From NCBI GenBank assembly GCA_963555825.3, contig CAUVXB020000001.1, forward strand, positions 96,001-160,000: a stretch of 64,000 nucleotides of DNA, given 5' to 3'. The stretch is from Alphaproteobacteria bacterium. Lineage in GTDB: Bacteria > Pseudomonadota > Alphaproteobacteria > JAAXGF01. Below the pieces are notes generated by a model. That model was not told where the DNA came from. It saw nothing but the letters and a program-made list of their open reading frames with translations, and did no database searches. Position 1 is the first letter of the stretch, and every line of letters starts with the position of its first letter. Shown here one piece after another: positions 1-9,705 of this stretch. A program made the translations under genes and the position numbers.

Positions 1-2
1 TC

Positions 3-974
3 ATGGACGAGGTCGGCGCGCCGTGGCAGGACATGTCGGCGGCCGACGTGGTCGAGCGCATGCCCTTCATGCAGCTCGATTCGTATTGGCCGGCCAAGCG
101 CGCGGACGATCCGGCGTTCGGTGAGCCGACCGGCGAAACGGTGCCCGGCGCGGTGTTCTTCCCGTCGGGCGGCTACGTTACCGACCCGCAGCTCAGCGTG
201 CACAACCTGCAGCGCGCGGCCGAGGCCGTGGGCGCCGAATTCCGCTTTACCTGCGAGGTCGCCGGCATTGCGCAGGACGGCGGGCGCGTCGCCGGCATCA
301 CGCTGGCCGACGGCGAGACGCTCGCGTCGCCGGTCGTGCTCAACGCCTCTGGACCGCACTCGTTCAAGATCAACGAGATGGCCGGCGTCATCGAGGGCAT
401 GAACGTCAAGACGCGCGCGTTGCGCCACGAGGTCGCCCATGTGCCGGCGCCCGAGGGCGTCGATTTCGAGCGCGACGGCTGTGTGTTCTCCGACAGCGAC
501 ATCGGCGGCTATGCGCGCCCGGAACTCGGCAACCACATCCTGATCGGCAGCGAGGACCCACCCTGCGACGAGCGCGAATGGGTCGACCCCGACGACTTCA
601 ACCGCGACTTCACCGACCAGTGGCGCACCATGGCGATGCGGCTCGCCCAGCGCATCCCCGAGCTGCTGATCCCGAGCAAAATGAAGGGCGTGGTCGAGCT
701 CTACGACGTCACCGACGACTGGATTCCGATCTACGACAAGTCCGACTTACCGGGTTTCTACATGGCGGTCGGCACCAGCGGCAACCAGTTCAAGAACGCG
801 CCGATCGCCGGTGAGATGATGGCCGATCTGATCGAGGCCTGCGAGGCCGGCCGCGACCACGACGCCGACCCGATCGACTTCCACCTGAAGCACATCGACC
901 ACACCTTCAGCCTCGGTTTCTTCTCGCGCCGACGCGAGATCAACCCGGACAGCAGCTTCTCGGTGCTCGGCTAG
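3..974 (+). CDS. FAD-dependent oxidoreductase, DAO/sarcosine oxidase beta-like (5'-truncated by window edge)
   Basis: GYVTDPQL, VLNASGPHS, YDVTDDWIPI and GTSGNQFKNAP motifs typical of the C-terminal half of the DAO family. Confidence 0.8.
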   Translation: MDEVGAPWQDMSAADVVERMPFMQLDSYWPAKRADDPAFGEPTGETVPGAVFFPSGGYVTDPQLSVHNLQRAAEAVGAEFRFTCEVAGIAQDGGRVAGITLADGETLASPVVLNASGPHSFKINEMAGVIEGMNVKTRALRHEVAHVPAPEGVDFERDGCVFSDSDIGGYARPELGNHILIGSEDPPCDEREWVDPDDFNRDFTDQWRTMAMRLAQRIPELLIPSKMKGVVELYDVTDDWIPIYDKSDLPGFYMAVGTSGNQFKNAPIAGEMMADLIEACEAGRDHDADPIDFHLKHIDHTFSLGFFSRRREINPDSSFSVLG

Positions 975-1003
975 CGCATCCTGTCAGGAAAGGGTGTCGG
1001 CAA

Positions 1004-1180
1004 CTGGGCAGCCTCATCGAATCCATCAGACAACTAGTCTCCGGCAATAAGGTAGCGATCGCCGTCATCATCGGTGCCGCCGCCCTGGTGCCGATCTGGA
1101 TATTCGTCTGGCCCGAGCTCGGTCCCGTGCTGGGCGATATCTGGCAGAAGGTCCTTACCGGCCGTACTGTATCGATGTAG
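1004..1180 (+). CDS. Putative 58-aa small membrane protein (CTG start; not in ORF track)
   Basis: Manual translation (L/M)GSLIESIRQLVSGNKVAIAVIIGAAALVPIWIFVWPELGPVLGDIWQKVLTGRTVSM*; AGGAAAGGG upstream; one hydrophobic helix. Confidence 0.5.
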   Translation: MGSLIESIRQLVSGNKVAIAVIIGAAALVPIWIFVWPELGPVLGDIWQKVLTGRTVSM

Positions 1181-1242
1181 CTTCGACGGAACGTGCTCAA
1201 TCAGGCCAAACCCGTGGCGAAACTACTGATGTGCTCCCGGCT

Positions 1243-2307
1243 ATGACCGCGACCGCCTTTCTCACCCACCTGCTGTTCGGCGGGGCGCTGGCCGCCTGTT
1301 CGGCCGGGTTGACGCTCGTCATGATGCGCGCCGGCATCGCCGATGTCCCCAATGAGCGTTCGTCGCATGTGCTGCCGACACCCAAGGGCGGCGGCATCGC
1401 GGTGGCCGCGAGCTTCTTCCTCGGCGTCGTCGCGCTCTACCTTGTCAGTGACGTTGCGCGGCTGCCCGAGGCGCGCTTCATCGGCTTCATCGCCATCACC
1501 TTCGCCATCGTCGTCTTCGCGCTGATCGACGATCTGAAGGCCCTCAGGGCACGCACCAAGCTGGTCGCGCAACTCGTCGCCGCCGTGCTGTTCGCTCTGT
1601 TGGTCGCGCGCATCTCGCTGCCTGCCACAGGCGTGGTCACGTTGGGCATATTTAGTTATGTTATAACAATGATTTGGATAATTTTTTTCATAAACGCCTA
1701 TAACTTCATGGACGGCATCAACGGCATCGCCGGCGGGGCCGCGTTGATCGCCGCGGCCGGGCTCGCCGTGACCGCGATGGCGGCCGATGCGGCCTTCGTC
1801 TATCTCGCCTGCATCTCGCTGTTCGGCGCGGTGCTGGGGTTCTTCTTCTTCAACTTTCCGCGCGCCCGCATTTTCCTCGGCGATTCGGGCAGTCAGTTCC
1901 TCGGCTTCGTCTTCGCCGGGCTCGCGGTGATCGGCAGCGCGGCCGAGCCGGCCAAGGTCTCGATCTTCGTCGTGCCGATGATCTTCTACCCGTTCCTCTA
2001 TGACGTGACTGCCACGCTGCTGTTCCGCGCGGCGGGCGGCAAGAATATCTTCAAGGCGCATCGCGAGCATCACTACCAGCTGCTGGTCCGGCTCGGCGCC
2101 GCGCACGTTGCGGTCAGCAGCCTGTACTTCGCGCTCATCGCGGCCCACGGCCTCGCCGCGTTCATGCTGCAGGCCGCCGATCCGGCGACGCGCATCTATT
2201 GGCTCGCCGCGCCACTGCCGGCCTACCTTATCGCGACCTTCGTGCTGTATAAGAAGGCCAGCGCGGCCGGGCTGATCCGGTTCCGGCCGCCGGGCGACGA
2301 CGGGTGA
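1243..2307 (+). CDS. MraY/WecA-family polyprenyl-phosphate HexNAc-1-P transferase (Glycos_transf_4)
   Basis: DVPNERSSHxxPTPKGGG, IDD, NAYNFMDGING, IFLGDSGS and HREHHY motifs; multiple TM helices. Confidence 0.9.
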   Translation: MTATAFLTHLLFGGALAACSAGLTLVMMRAGIADVPNERSSHVLPTPKGGGIAVAASFFLGVVALYLVSDVARLPEARFIGFIAITFAIVVFALIDDLKALRARTKLVAQLVAAVLFALLVARISLPATGVVTLGIFSYVITMIWIIFFINAYNFMDGINGIAGGAALIAAAGLAVTAMAADAAFVYLACISLFGAVLGFFFFNFPRARIFLGDSGSQFLGFVFAGLAVIGSAAEPAKVSIFVVPMIFYPFLYDVTATLLFRAAGGKNIFKAHREHHYQLLVRLGAAHVAVSSLYFALIAAHGLAAFMLQAADPATRIYWLAAPLPAYLIATFVLYKKASAAGLIRFRPPGDDG

Positions 2308-2873
2308 CGGCGATGACGACGACGCTTCATCAGGCCGCAAGCGCGGCCGACATCGAGGCCGCACACGGGCTGTTCCTGGCCTATGCCGAATCGCTCGACT
2401 TCAGCCTGTGCTTCCAGGGCTTCGACGGCGAGCTCGCGCAATTGCCCGGCTATTATGCGCCGCCCACCGGGCGCGTGCTGCTCGCCCGTGTCGACGGCGA
2501 GCTCGCCGGCTGCATCGCGCTGCGCGACCTGGGCGAAGGCAATTGCGAGATGAAGCGGCTCTACGTCGATCCCGGATTCCGCGGTCTCGGCCTCGGCCGG
2601 AGGCTCGCCGAGGCGGTCATCGCCGAGGCGCGCGCAATCGGCTATGCGCGTATTCGGCTCGACACGCTGCCGTCGATGGTCTCGGCGCGCGCGCTCTATG
2701 ACTTGCTCGGTTTCACCGACATCTCGGCCTACTACCACAACCCGGTCGAGGGCGCGGCGTACAAGGAACTCGTCCTGCGTGACGGGCCGGCGGCCGGCGC
2801 GGCGCAGTCGGGCCTCGACCCTCATACCAAGGATCAGTCGGCGGCGCCAAGCCGTGGCGACGACGCGGCGTAG
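2304..2873 (+). CDS. GNAT N-acetyltransferase
   Basis: LCFQGFDGELAQLPGYY, CEMKRLYVDPGFRGLGLG, RLDTLPSM, LYDLLGF. Confidence 0.9.
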   Translation: MTAMTTTLHQAASAADIEAAHGLFLAYAESLDFSLCFQGFDGELAQLPGYYAPPTGRVLLARVDGELAGCIALRDLGEGNCEMKRLYVDPGFRGLGLGRRLAEAVIAEARAIGYARIRLDTLPSMVSARALYDLLGFTDISAYYHNPVEGAAYKELVLRDGPAAGAAQSGLDPHTKDQSAAPSRGDDAA

Positions 2874-3568
2874 CGGGGCGCCGGCAGCGCCGCGATCGGC
2901 GTCGCCTTGATCTCTTGGATCAGCTTGAGCCGAATCGCTTCGGCGAAATCGCGGTAATCGTCGGCGACGATGACGAAGGCGCCGACGCCGCCAATCACCG
3001 CGAGCCGGTAATATTCGTCGAGCGTCGGGTCCTCGTTGAGAATGGCGAGCCCGTTGACCGTGATGCCCGCCGCGACCGCGCGCGGCGTCGCGGTGACGAC
3101 GTAACCGCCCATGTTGTTGCGTCCGTCGCCCGAGACGTCGATCACCTTGCGCGCCGCCGAGACGCGCCCGAGCATGGCGATCGAAAAATCGATGGCGTGG
3201 CTGATCGCCGTGCCGCCCTCGTTCACCAGGCGTGGCGTGCGGTCGATCCTGCCGGCGATCAGCTCGGCGGTCGTTGGGCCGTGCACCTCGGTCCAATCGA
3301 ACGCCGGCACCTGGGCGTCGGGGCTCGCCCATTGGACCAGCGTGACCGCGATGCCGTTGGGCGCCGATGAGGCGATGGCGTCGTGTACCGCCGGGTGGCG
3401 AAAGGCCTCGGCCAGGCCGCGCATCTGAAGATTGAACTCCCAGGGTTGGACGCTCGACGAGGTGTCGACGGCCAGCACGATCGCGAGATCGACCCCATCG
3501 ACGGCGCGCACCGGGGCAGGGGCCGATAGCATCAAGGCGGCGAACAGGATGGGCACGAGGCGTGTCAT
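2834..3568 (-). CDS. DUF1194 (vWA-like) exported protein
   Basis: Signal peptide from ATG at 3568; MIDAS-like LAVDTSSSV, VIDVSGDGRNN, ITVNGLAI. Confidence 0.85.
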   Translation of the reverse strand: MTRLVPILFAALMLSAPAPVRAVDGVDLAIVLAVDTSSSVQPWEFNLQMRGLAEAFRHPAVHDAIASSAPNGIAVTLVQWASPDAQVPAFDWTEVHGPTTAELIAGRIDRTPRLVNEGGTAISHAIDFSIAMLGRVSAARKVIDVSGDGRNNMGGYVVTATPRAVAAGITVNGLAILNEDPTLDEYYRLAVIGGVGAFVIVADDYRDFAEAIRLKLIQEIKATPIAALPAPRYAASSPRLGAAD

Positions 3569-3630
3569 GGCGCCCAGCCTATCGCGCGGTCGGCGGCGCT
3601 GGATAGCGACAAGAATTGCCGTCGCCGTCT

Positions 3631-4959
3631 TCAAGCGCGCTCGATCGCCTGGTCGAGGTCGGCGATAATATCGTCGACGGTCTCGAGGCCGATCGAGACG
3701 CGCACGACATCGGGCCCGGCGCCGGCTGCCGCGCGCTGCTCGTCGCTGAGCTGGCGGTGCGTCGTCGAGGCCGGGTGCAGGATCAGGCTGCGCGTGTCGC
3801 CGATGTTGGCGAGATGCGAGAACAGCTCGCACGCCTCGACCACGCGAATGCCCGCCTCGTAGCCACCATCGACGCCGAAGGTAAAGACCGCGCCGGCGCC
3901 CTTGGGCAGGTACTTCTTGGCCAGTGCATGGTAGGGGTCGGACGGCAGCCCGGCGTAGGACACCCAGGCGACCTTGGGGTGCGCGGCGAGCCATTCGGCG
4001 ACCGTCTGGGCGTTGGCGCAATGGCGCTCCATGCGCAGCGGCAGGGTCTCGACGCCCTGCAGCAGAAAATAGGCGTTCATCGGCGACAGTGCCGGGCCGA
4101 AGTCGCGCAGCGTGACGGCGCGCGCCTTCATGGTGAAGCCGAAGTCGCCGAAGGTCTCGGCGAAGGTCAGGCCGTGGTAGCCCGGATCGGGCTCGGTCAT
4201 GGTTGGAAACTTGCCGCCCTGCCACCAGTCGAAGCGGCCCGATTCGACGACCATGCCGCCCATCGAGTTGCCGTGACCGCCGATGAACTTGGTCATCGAA
4301 TGGATGACGATGTCGGCGCCCCACTCGAAGGGCCGGCAGAGATACGGCGTCGCCATGGTGTTGTCGACGATCAGCGGCACGCCGTGGCGCCGGGCGATCG
4401 CACCGACCGCCTCGAGGTCGACGACGATGCCGCCCGGATTGGCCAGGCTCTCGACGAAGATCGCCTTGCATTTCGGTGTCATCGCGCGCTCGAAGTTTTC
4501 CGGATCGCCGGGGTCGACGAAATGGCAGGTCCAGCCCATGCGCTTGAAGGTGATGCCGAACTGGGTCAGCGAGCCGCCATACAGGCAGTTCGCCGAGACG
4601 AATTCGTCGCCCGGGTCCAAGAGCGTGGCGAAGGCGAGGAACTGGGCGGCGTGGCCCGTGGCCGAGGCAACCGCGGCGCGGCCGTCCTCGAGGCTCGCGA
4701 TGCGCTCCTCGAGCACCGCGACGGTCGGGTTGGTCATCCGCGAGTAGATGTAGCCGAAGGTCTGCAGATTGAACAGCGAGGCGGCGTGGTCGACGTCGTC
4801 GAAAACATAAGACGTCGTCTGAAAGATTGGCGTCGAGCGCGCGCCCGTGGTGGCGTCGGGTCGTGCGCCGGCGTGGATCGCGCGCGTCTCGATGCCGTAA
4901 TCACGCGGCGCCCCTTCGGCCGCCAGTGCCTCGTCCAGCGCGTCGTTGTCCTGGGTCAT
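3631..4959 (-). CDS. metY: O-acetylhomoserine aminocarboxypropyltransferase (sulfhydrylase)
   Basis: TPIFQTTSYVF, YSRMTNPT, HSMTKFIGGHG (PLP Lys), HLANIGDTRSLILHPASTTH. Confidence 0.9.
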   Translation of the reverse strand: MTQDNDALDEALAAEGAPRDYGIETRAIHAGARPDATTGARSTPIFQTTSYVFDDVDHAASLFNLQTFGYIYSRMTNPTVAVLEERIASLEDGRAAVASATGHAAQFLAFATLLDPGDEFVSANCLYGGSLTQFGITFKRMGWTCHFVDPGDPENFERAMTPKCKAIFVESLANPGGIVVDLEAVGAIARRHGVPLIVDNTMATPYLCRPFEWGADIVIHSMTKFIGGHGNSMGGMVVESGRFDWWQGGKFPTMTEPDPGYHGLTFAETFGDFGFTMKARAVTLRDFGPALSPMNAYFLLQGVETLPLRMERHCANAQTVAEWLAAHPKVAWVSYAGLPSDPYHALAKKYLPKGAGAVFTFGVDGGYEAGIRVVEACELFSHLANIGDTRSLILHPASTTHRQLSDEQRAAAGAGPDVVRVSIGLETVDDIIADLDQAIERA

Positions 4960-4960
4960 G

Positions 4961-5455
4961 TCAGATCGCCTTCTGGCGTTTCGACGAGATGATCTTCGAG
5001 TTGATGCCGCCCCAGCTCAGCTCGCCGGTCAAGCGGCCGTATTCGATCTTCGGGCAACGGTTCATGATCACGGTGAGGCCGGCCGCCTCGGCGCGCGCCG
5101 CGGCCGCGTCATTGCGCACGCCGAGCTGCATCCAGACCACCTCGATGCCCTTCTCGGCGGCCAGCTCGATGGCCTCGTCGGTGACCGTGCCGGCCGCCTC
5201 GGCGCCGCGGAAGATGTCGACCATCTGGAACCGGCCGGGCACGTCGGCGAGGCTGGCGTACACCGTTTGGCCGAGGATCTCGTCGCCGGCCGCCTTGGGA
5301 TTGACCGGCAGGACGTGGTAGCCCTTGTCCCGCAGGTACTTCATGGCGAAGAAGCTCGGCCGGTTCCAGTTTGCGCTGGCGCCGACCATGGCGAAGCTCC
5401 GACAGCGGCGCAGGATGTCGCGCAGCAGCGCGTCCGGGTAGTGGTCGTGCGCCAT
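4961..5455 (-). CDS. CoA-binding protein (YccU-like)
   Basis: MVGASANWNRPS, PVNP, MVDIFR, WMQLGV, MNRCPKIEY; start placed at ATG 5455. Confidence 0.9.
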   Translation of the reverse strand: MAHDHYPDALLRDILRRCRSFAMVGASANWNRPSFFAMKYLRDKGYHVLPVNPKAAGDEILGQTVYASLADVPGRFQMVDIFRGAEAAGTVTDEAIELAAEKGIEVVWMQLGVRNDAAAARAEAAGLTVIMNRCPKIEYGRLTGELSWGGINSKIISSKRQKAI

Positions 5456-5487
5456 GCGGCTAGCCCGGATTTCTCGCCATGGACAGG

Positions 5488-6291
5488 CTACTCGCCGCGC
5501 CACACCGGCGCGCGTTTTTCGATGAAGGCGTCGACGCCCTCGCCGGCATCGCGGGCGAGCATGTTGCGGGTCATCGTCTCGGACGCGTAATCGTAAGCCT
5601 CGGCGACGTCGAGCTCGAGCTGGTCGTAGAAGGCGCGCTTGCCCATGGCCATGGTGTAGGACGACTTGCTGGCGATCTTGGCGGCGAGCTCGGCCACCGC
5701 GGCATCCAGCTCCTCGGCCGGCACGGCGCGGTTGATCAGGCCCATACGCGCCGCGCTCGCGGCGTCGATCGCGTCGCCCGTCAGCAGCAACTCGAGCGCA
5801 TGCTTGCGCCCGACGTTGCGCGCCAGCGCGACCATCGGCGTCGTACAGAACAGCCCGATGTTGACCCCCGGTGTGGCGAACTGCGAACGATCCGAGGCGA
5901 TCGCCAGGTCGCAGGTGGCGACGAGCTGCAGTCCGGCGGCGCTGGCGACGCCGTCGACCTTGGCGATCACCGGCTGCGGCAACCCGGTGAGGCACTTCAT
6001 CATGTGGCTACAGGTGTCGAATACCCGCTGGAAGAATGCCGCGTCGTGATTCGCGCGCAGCTCCTTCAGGTCGTGCCCGGCGCAGAACCCTGGCGCGCTT
6101 GCCGCAACGACCACGACGCGCACGGCGCGGTCCTCGGCGATCGCGTCGAGTTCGCCCTGGAGCAGGCCCGTCAACTCGGTCGACAGGCTATTGCGCGCCG
6201 CGGGACGGTTGAGCGTCAGCGTCGCGACGCCGGCATCGTCGCTGCGCAGCATGATCGCGTCATCGGTCGCGGTATTGGCAAGGGCGCTCAT
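5488..6291 (-). CDS. Enoyl-CoA hydratase/isomerase
   Basis: LNRPAARNSLS, FCAGHDLKE, AAGLQLVATCDLA, TPGVNIGLFC. Confidence 0.9.
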   Translation of the reverse strand: MSALANTATDDAIMLRSDDAGVATLTLNRPAARNSLSTELTGLLQGELDAIAEDRAVRVVVVAASAPGFCAGHDLKELRANHDAAFFQRVFDTCSHMMKCLTGLPQPVIAKVDGVASAAGLQLVATCDLAIASDRSQFATPGVNIGLFCTTPMVALARNVGRKHALELLLTGDAIDAASAARMGLINRAVPAEELDAAVAELAAKIASKSSYTMAMGKRAFYDQLELDVAEAYDYASETMTRNMLARDAGEGVDAFIEKRAPVWRGE

Positions 6292-6421
6292 CGTAATCTC
6301 CCGGCACGGCCGCAAATTGCTGTGAGCGATGGTTTACCCCCGGGTGCGCCGCCGATCAAGTCTGCGCACATTGCCGCCCGGCGCGCCGGGCGATAAGCTC
6401 GGCGGCCGTTTGGAGGAAAAC

Positions 6422-6874
6422 ATGAGCGATCAAACCCCGGCCCGTATCACGGTCGAAGAGTTCGCGCGCCTGGCCGCCGAGAAGCTTCCGGTGGTCGCCC
6501 AGTTCGGCATCCTCTGCGAGCGCATCGAGGCGGGGCGGGTGTGGATGCGCATGCCGTGCGGCGACGGCGAACTGCTGCGCCCCGGCGGCACGGTTCACGG
6601 GCCGGCCATGATGACGCTCGCCGACGTCACCATGTACGTCGTCGTGTTGAGCCTGATCGGTCGGGTCGAGCTCGTCGTCACGACCAATCTGACGGCCAAC
6701 TTCCTGCGCCGCCCGGCGCCCGTCGACATGATCGCCGAGGGCCGCCTCCTGAAGCTCGGCAAGCGCCTCGCGGTCGGCGAGACCTCGCTCTACAGCGAGG
6801 GCGACGACGCGCCCGTCTGCCACGTCACCGCGACCTATTCGATCCCGCCGCGAGCGGACAATTCCGGTGCATAA
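6422..6874 (+). CDS. PaaI-family hotdog thioesterase
   Basis: RPGGTVHGPAMMTLAD, VTTNLTANFLR, LKLGKRLAVG. Confidence 0.9.
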   Translation: MSDQTPARITVEEFARLAAEKLPVVAQFGILCERIEAGRVWMRMPCGDGELLRPGGTVHGPAMMTLADVTMYVVVLSLIGRVELVVTTNLTANFLRRPAPVDMIAEGRLLKLGKRLAVGETSLYSEGDDAPVCHVTATYSIPPRADNSGA

Positions 6875-6925
6875 CAGCGCTTCGCCGAGGCGTCGGAGTG
6901 TGCACAGCGAACCCCGGAGGCATGG

Positions 6926-7156
6926 GTGAAGACGACGCGCTATTTCGACGAGCAGGTTCTCAGGAAGAGGCCGTATCTTCGGCGCGAGTGGTGCGCCATC
7001 GTAATTGAGAACCCGGTGCACCGGGAGGTTCAGCCGGATGGACGGGTGCGCTATTGGGGTTACGTCCCCGAGCTCGGCGAACGGGCGCTACGTGTGGTAA
7101 CATTAGAAGACGGCGAGACGGTCCATAACGCGTTTCTCGACCGCGACTTTGGTTAG
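6926..7156 (+). CDS. Small DUF4258/RelE-like putative toxin
   Basis: 76 aa ending LRVVTLEDGETVHNAFLDR; directly upstream of a DUF2283 gene. Confidence 0.6.
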   Translation: MKTTRYFDEQVLRKRPYLRREWCAIVIENPVHREVQPDGRVRYWGYVPELGERALRVVTLEDGETVHNAFLDRDFG

Positions 7157-7164
7157 AGGCGAAA

Positions 7165-7380
7165 ATGAAGCTGCATTATTACGCCGAGACGGACAGCCTT
7201 TACATCGAGCTCCAGGCGAACCCTGGGGTCGAAGCCCGGGAGATAGCACCTGATCTGGTCGTTGATTTCGACGCCGATGGTCACGTCGTCGGCATCGACA
7301 TCGACCATGCCTCCAAGCATCTCGACCTTTCGACCGTCGACACGGTCGATTTGCCTTTAATCGAGAGAGAGACCGCCTAG
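7165..7380 (+). CDS. DUF2283 protein (putative antitoxin)
   Basis: MKLHYYAETDSLYIEL...VVDFDADGHVVGIDI is the DUF2283 pattern. Confidence 0.8.
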   Translation: MKLHYYAETDSLYIELQANPGVEAREIAPDLVVDFDADGHVVGIDIDHASKHLDLSTVDTVDLPLIERETA

Positions 7381-7400
7381 CGGCACAACTCGGGTACGTA

Positions 7401-7432
7401 TACACTCGTGATCGCGTACACTCGTGATCGCG
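7401..7432. repeat. Perfect 16-bp tandem duplication TACACTCGTGATCGCG x2
   Basis: Directly visible at 7401-7416 and 7417-7432. Confidence 0.9.
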
Positions 7433-7597
7433 CGACGGCCCCGCCCGGCTCGGCGCGGTGATCCTCACGACGCTGACTGTTTACTTCACCATCGCGCCGC
7501 GGGCGGGGCGGTTGAAACACATTGCACTACTATAATACCGCAATCGTAATTTCTTGAAATTGTGTGGTTATTTTCGAATTAAACGTCGATTTACGCG

Positions 7598-7625
7598 TTG
7601 ACACGGAGATTTTCCGTGGCATACT
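7598..7625 (+). promoter_or_regulatory. Putative sigma70 promoter of rplM-rpsI
   Basis: TTGACA-N16-CATACT preceded by an AT-rich tract. Confidence 0.5.
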
Positions 7626-7681
7626 CCGCGCCTCCGCAAGCAACCCCCGGGGCCGCGCCGGAAACGGCGAAGGCGATCGAC

Positions 7682-8146
7682 ATGAAGACCTATTCAGCGA
7701 AGCCATCCGAGGTCGAGAAGAAGTGGTACGTGGTCGACGCCGAAGACGTCGTCCTCGGCCGTCTCGCCGCGGTCGTCGCGACGCGCCTGCGCGGCAAGCA
7801 CAAGACGACGTTCACGCCGCATATCGATTGCGGCGACAACATCATCATCGTCAACGCCGAGAAGGTGAAGACGACCGGCAACAAGCGGGACGGCAAGATT
7901 TACTATTGGCACACCGGCTATCCGGGCGGCATCAAGGAACGCACGTTGGGCGCCGTGCTCGACGGCAAGCATCCCGAGCGCGTGGTCATCAAGGCGATCG
8001 AGCGCATGATTTCGCGCAATCCGTTGGGCCACCGCCAGATGAAGAACCTGCACGTCTACGCCGGTGTCGATCACCCGCATGCCGCCCAGCAGCCCGAAGT
8101 GCTCGACGTCGGCGCGATGAACCCCAAGAACAAAAGGACCGCGTAA
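7682..8146 (+). CDS. rplM: 50S ribosomal protein L13
   Basis: [50 protein letters not shown]. Confidence 0.98.
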   Translation: MKTYSAKPSEVEKKWYVVDAEDVVLGRLAAVVATRLRGKHKTTFTPHIDCGDNIIIVNAEKVKTTGNKRDGKIYYWHTGYPGGIKERTLGAVLDGKHPERVVIKAIERMISRNPLGHRQMKNLHVYAGVDHPHAAQQPEVLDVGAMNPKNKRTA

Positions 8147-8149
8147 GCC

Positions 8150-8671
8150 ATGGCCGAGGAAACGCGCACGCTCACCGATCTCAAGGACCTGAAGAGCGCG
8201 GCTCCGGCGCCCGAGGCTGCGCCCGAGGCGCCGACCGAGGCGCCGACCGAGGAAGCCATCGCGCTCGAGCCCAAGATCGACGAACTGGGCCGCGCCTACG
8301 CGACCGGCAAGCGCAAGAACGCCATTGCGCGCGTCTGGATCAAGCGCGGTACGGGCCGGGTCACGGTCAACAACCGCGACATCCTGGTGAACTTCGCGCG
8401 TCCGGTCCTGCGCATGATCATCAACCAGCCATTCGAGGCGGTGAACCGGGCCGGCGAGTTTGACGTCTGGTGCACGGTGACCGGCGGTGGCCTGTCGGGC
8501 CAGGCGGGCGCGGTGCGCCACGGTATCTCGAAGGCGCTTGTGCTGTTCGAGCCGACAATCAGGCCCGCGTTGCGCGCCGGCGGCTTCCTGACCCGCGACG
8601 CGCGTGTCGTCGAGCGCAAGAAATACGGCAAGCGCAAGGCGCGCCGCAGCTTCCAGTTCTCGAAGCGGTAA
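8150..8671 (+). CDS. rpsI: 30S ribosomal protein S9 (APEA/APTE-repeat N-terminus)
   Basis: [47 protein letters not shown]. Confidence 0.98.
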   Translation: MAEETRTLTDLKDLKSAAPAPEAAPEAPTEAPTEEAIALEPKIDELGRAYATGKRKNAIARVWIKRGTGRVTVNNRDILVNFARPVLRMIINQPFEAVNRAGEFDVWCTVTGGGLSGQAGAVRHGISKALVLFEPTIRPALRAGGFLTRDARVVERKKYGKRKARRSFQFSKR

Positions 8672-8698
8672 TCCCCGGAAGGGCAATCCTGGTGTAAC

Positions 8699-8732
8699 AT
8701 CGGGCGCTCCGTCGGGGGCGCCCGATTTCGTT
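8699..8732 (+). terminator. Putative intrinsic terminator after rpsI
   Basis: ATCGGGCGCTC-loop-GGGCGCCCGAT stem followed by TTCGTT. Confidence 0.6.
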
Positions 8733-8757
8733 CCGGCACGGGAGATAAGGACAGGCG

Positions 8758-9705
8758 ATGACCGCGAAGGTTTTCATCGACGGCGAGGCGGGCACCACGG
8801 GCCTGCAAATCCGGGCGCGGCTCGAGGCGCGGGCCGATCTCGAACTGGTCAGCCTGCCCGACGACCAGCGCAAGGACGCCGCGCGCCGCGCCGCGGCGCT
8901 GAATTCGGTCGACCTGGTCATCCTCTGCCTGCCCGACGACGCCGCGCGCGAGGCGGTGGAGATGATCGATAACGCGGACGTCCGCGTGATCGACGCCTCG
9001 ACGGCGCACCGCACGGCCGACGGCTGGGTTTACGGCTTCCCGGAGTACGACGCGGGGCAGGCGGCGCTGATCGCCGGTGCGACGCGGGTCTCGAACCCCG
9101 GCTGCTACGCCCTCGCCTCGGTGGCGATCGTGCATCCACTCGTTGCCGCCGGTGTCTTGCCGGCCGACTGGCCGGTCACGATCAATGCGGTCTCGGGCTA
9201 TTCGGGCGGCGGCAAGGCGCTGATCCAGAGCTTCGAGGATCCCGCCGCGCCTGACCCGATCGACGGTGCCTTCCACGTCTACGGTCTCTCGCTCGAGCAC
9301 AAGCACGTGCCCGAGATTGCGCGCCGCGGCGGCCTCGCGAGACGGCCGCTGTTGATGCCCAGCGTCGGGCGTTTCCACCAAGGCATGATCGTGCAGGTGC
9401 CGCTACTTCTCGGCGCGCTGCCCGGTACGCCGACGCCCGCCGAGCTGCATGCGATCCTCGCCGATCACTATTGCGGCTGCCAATTCGTCACCGTCGCCGA
9501 GGAGTCGGCGAACCTCGCGCGGCTCGACCCGGAGAGCCTCAACGGCACCAATGAACTGCGTCTATACGTCTTCGGCAACGCCGAGCATGGCCAGGCGGTG
9601 ATCGCCGGCGTGCTCGACAACCTGGGCAAGGGCGCATCGGGCCAGGCGGTGCAGAACCTGAACCTGATGCTCGGCCTCGACGAAGCCGCCGGGCTCCGGC
9701 CGTGA
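8758..9705 (+). CDS. argC: N-acetyl-gamma-glutamyl-phosphate reductase (type 2)
   Basis: [49 protein letters not shown]. Confidence 0.95.
   Translation: MTAKVFIDGEAGTTGLQIRARLEARADLELVSLPDDQRKDAARRAAALNSVDLVILCLPDDAAREAVEMIDNADVRVIDASTAHRTADGWVYGFPEYDAGQAALIAGATRVSNPGCYALASVAIVHPLVAAGVLPADWPVTINAVSGYSGGGKALIQSFEDPAAPDPIDGAFHVYGLSLEHKHVPEIARRGGLARRPLLMPSVGRFHQGMIVQVPLLLGALPGTPTPAELHAILADHYCGCQFVTVAEESANLARLDPESLNGTNELRLYVFGNAEHGQAVIAGVLDNLGKGASGQAVQNLNLMLGLDEAAGLRP

Noticed and set aside
8198-8253. Tandem repeats in rpsI
   Set aside because: Low-complexity APEA/APTE N-terminal linker, unremarkable for alphaproteobacterial S9
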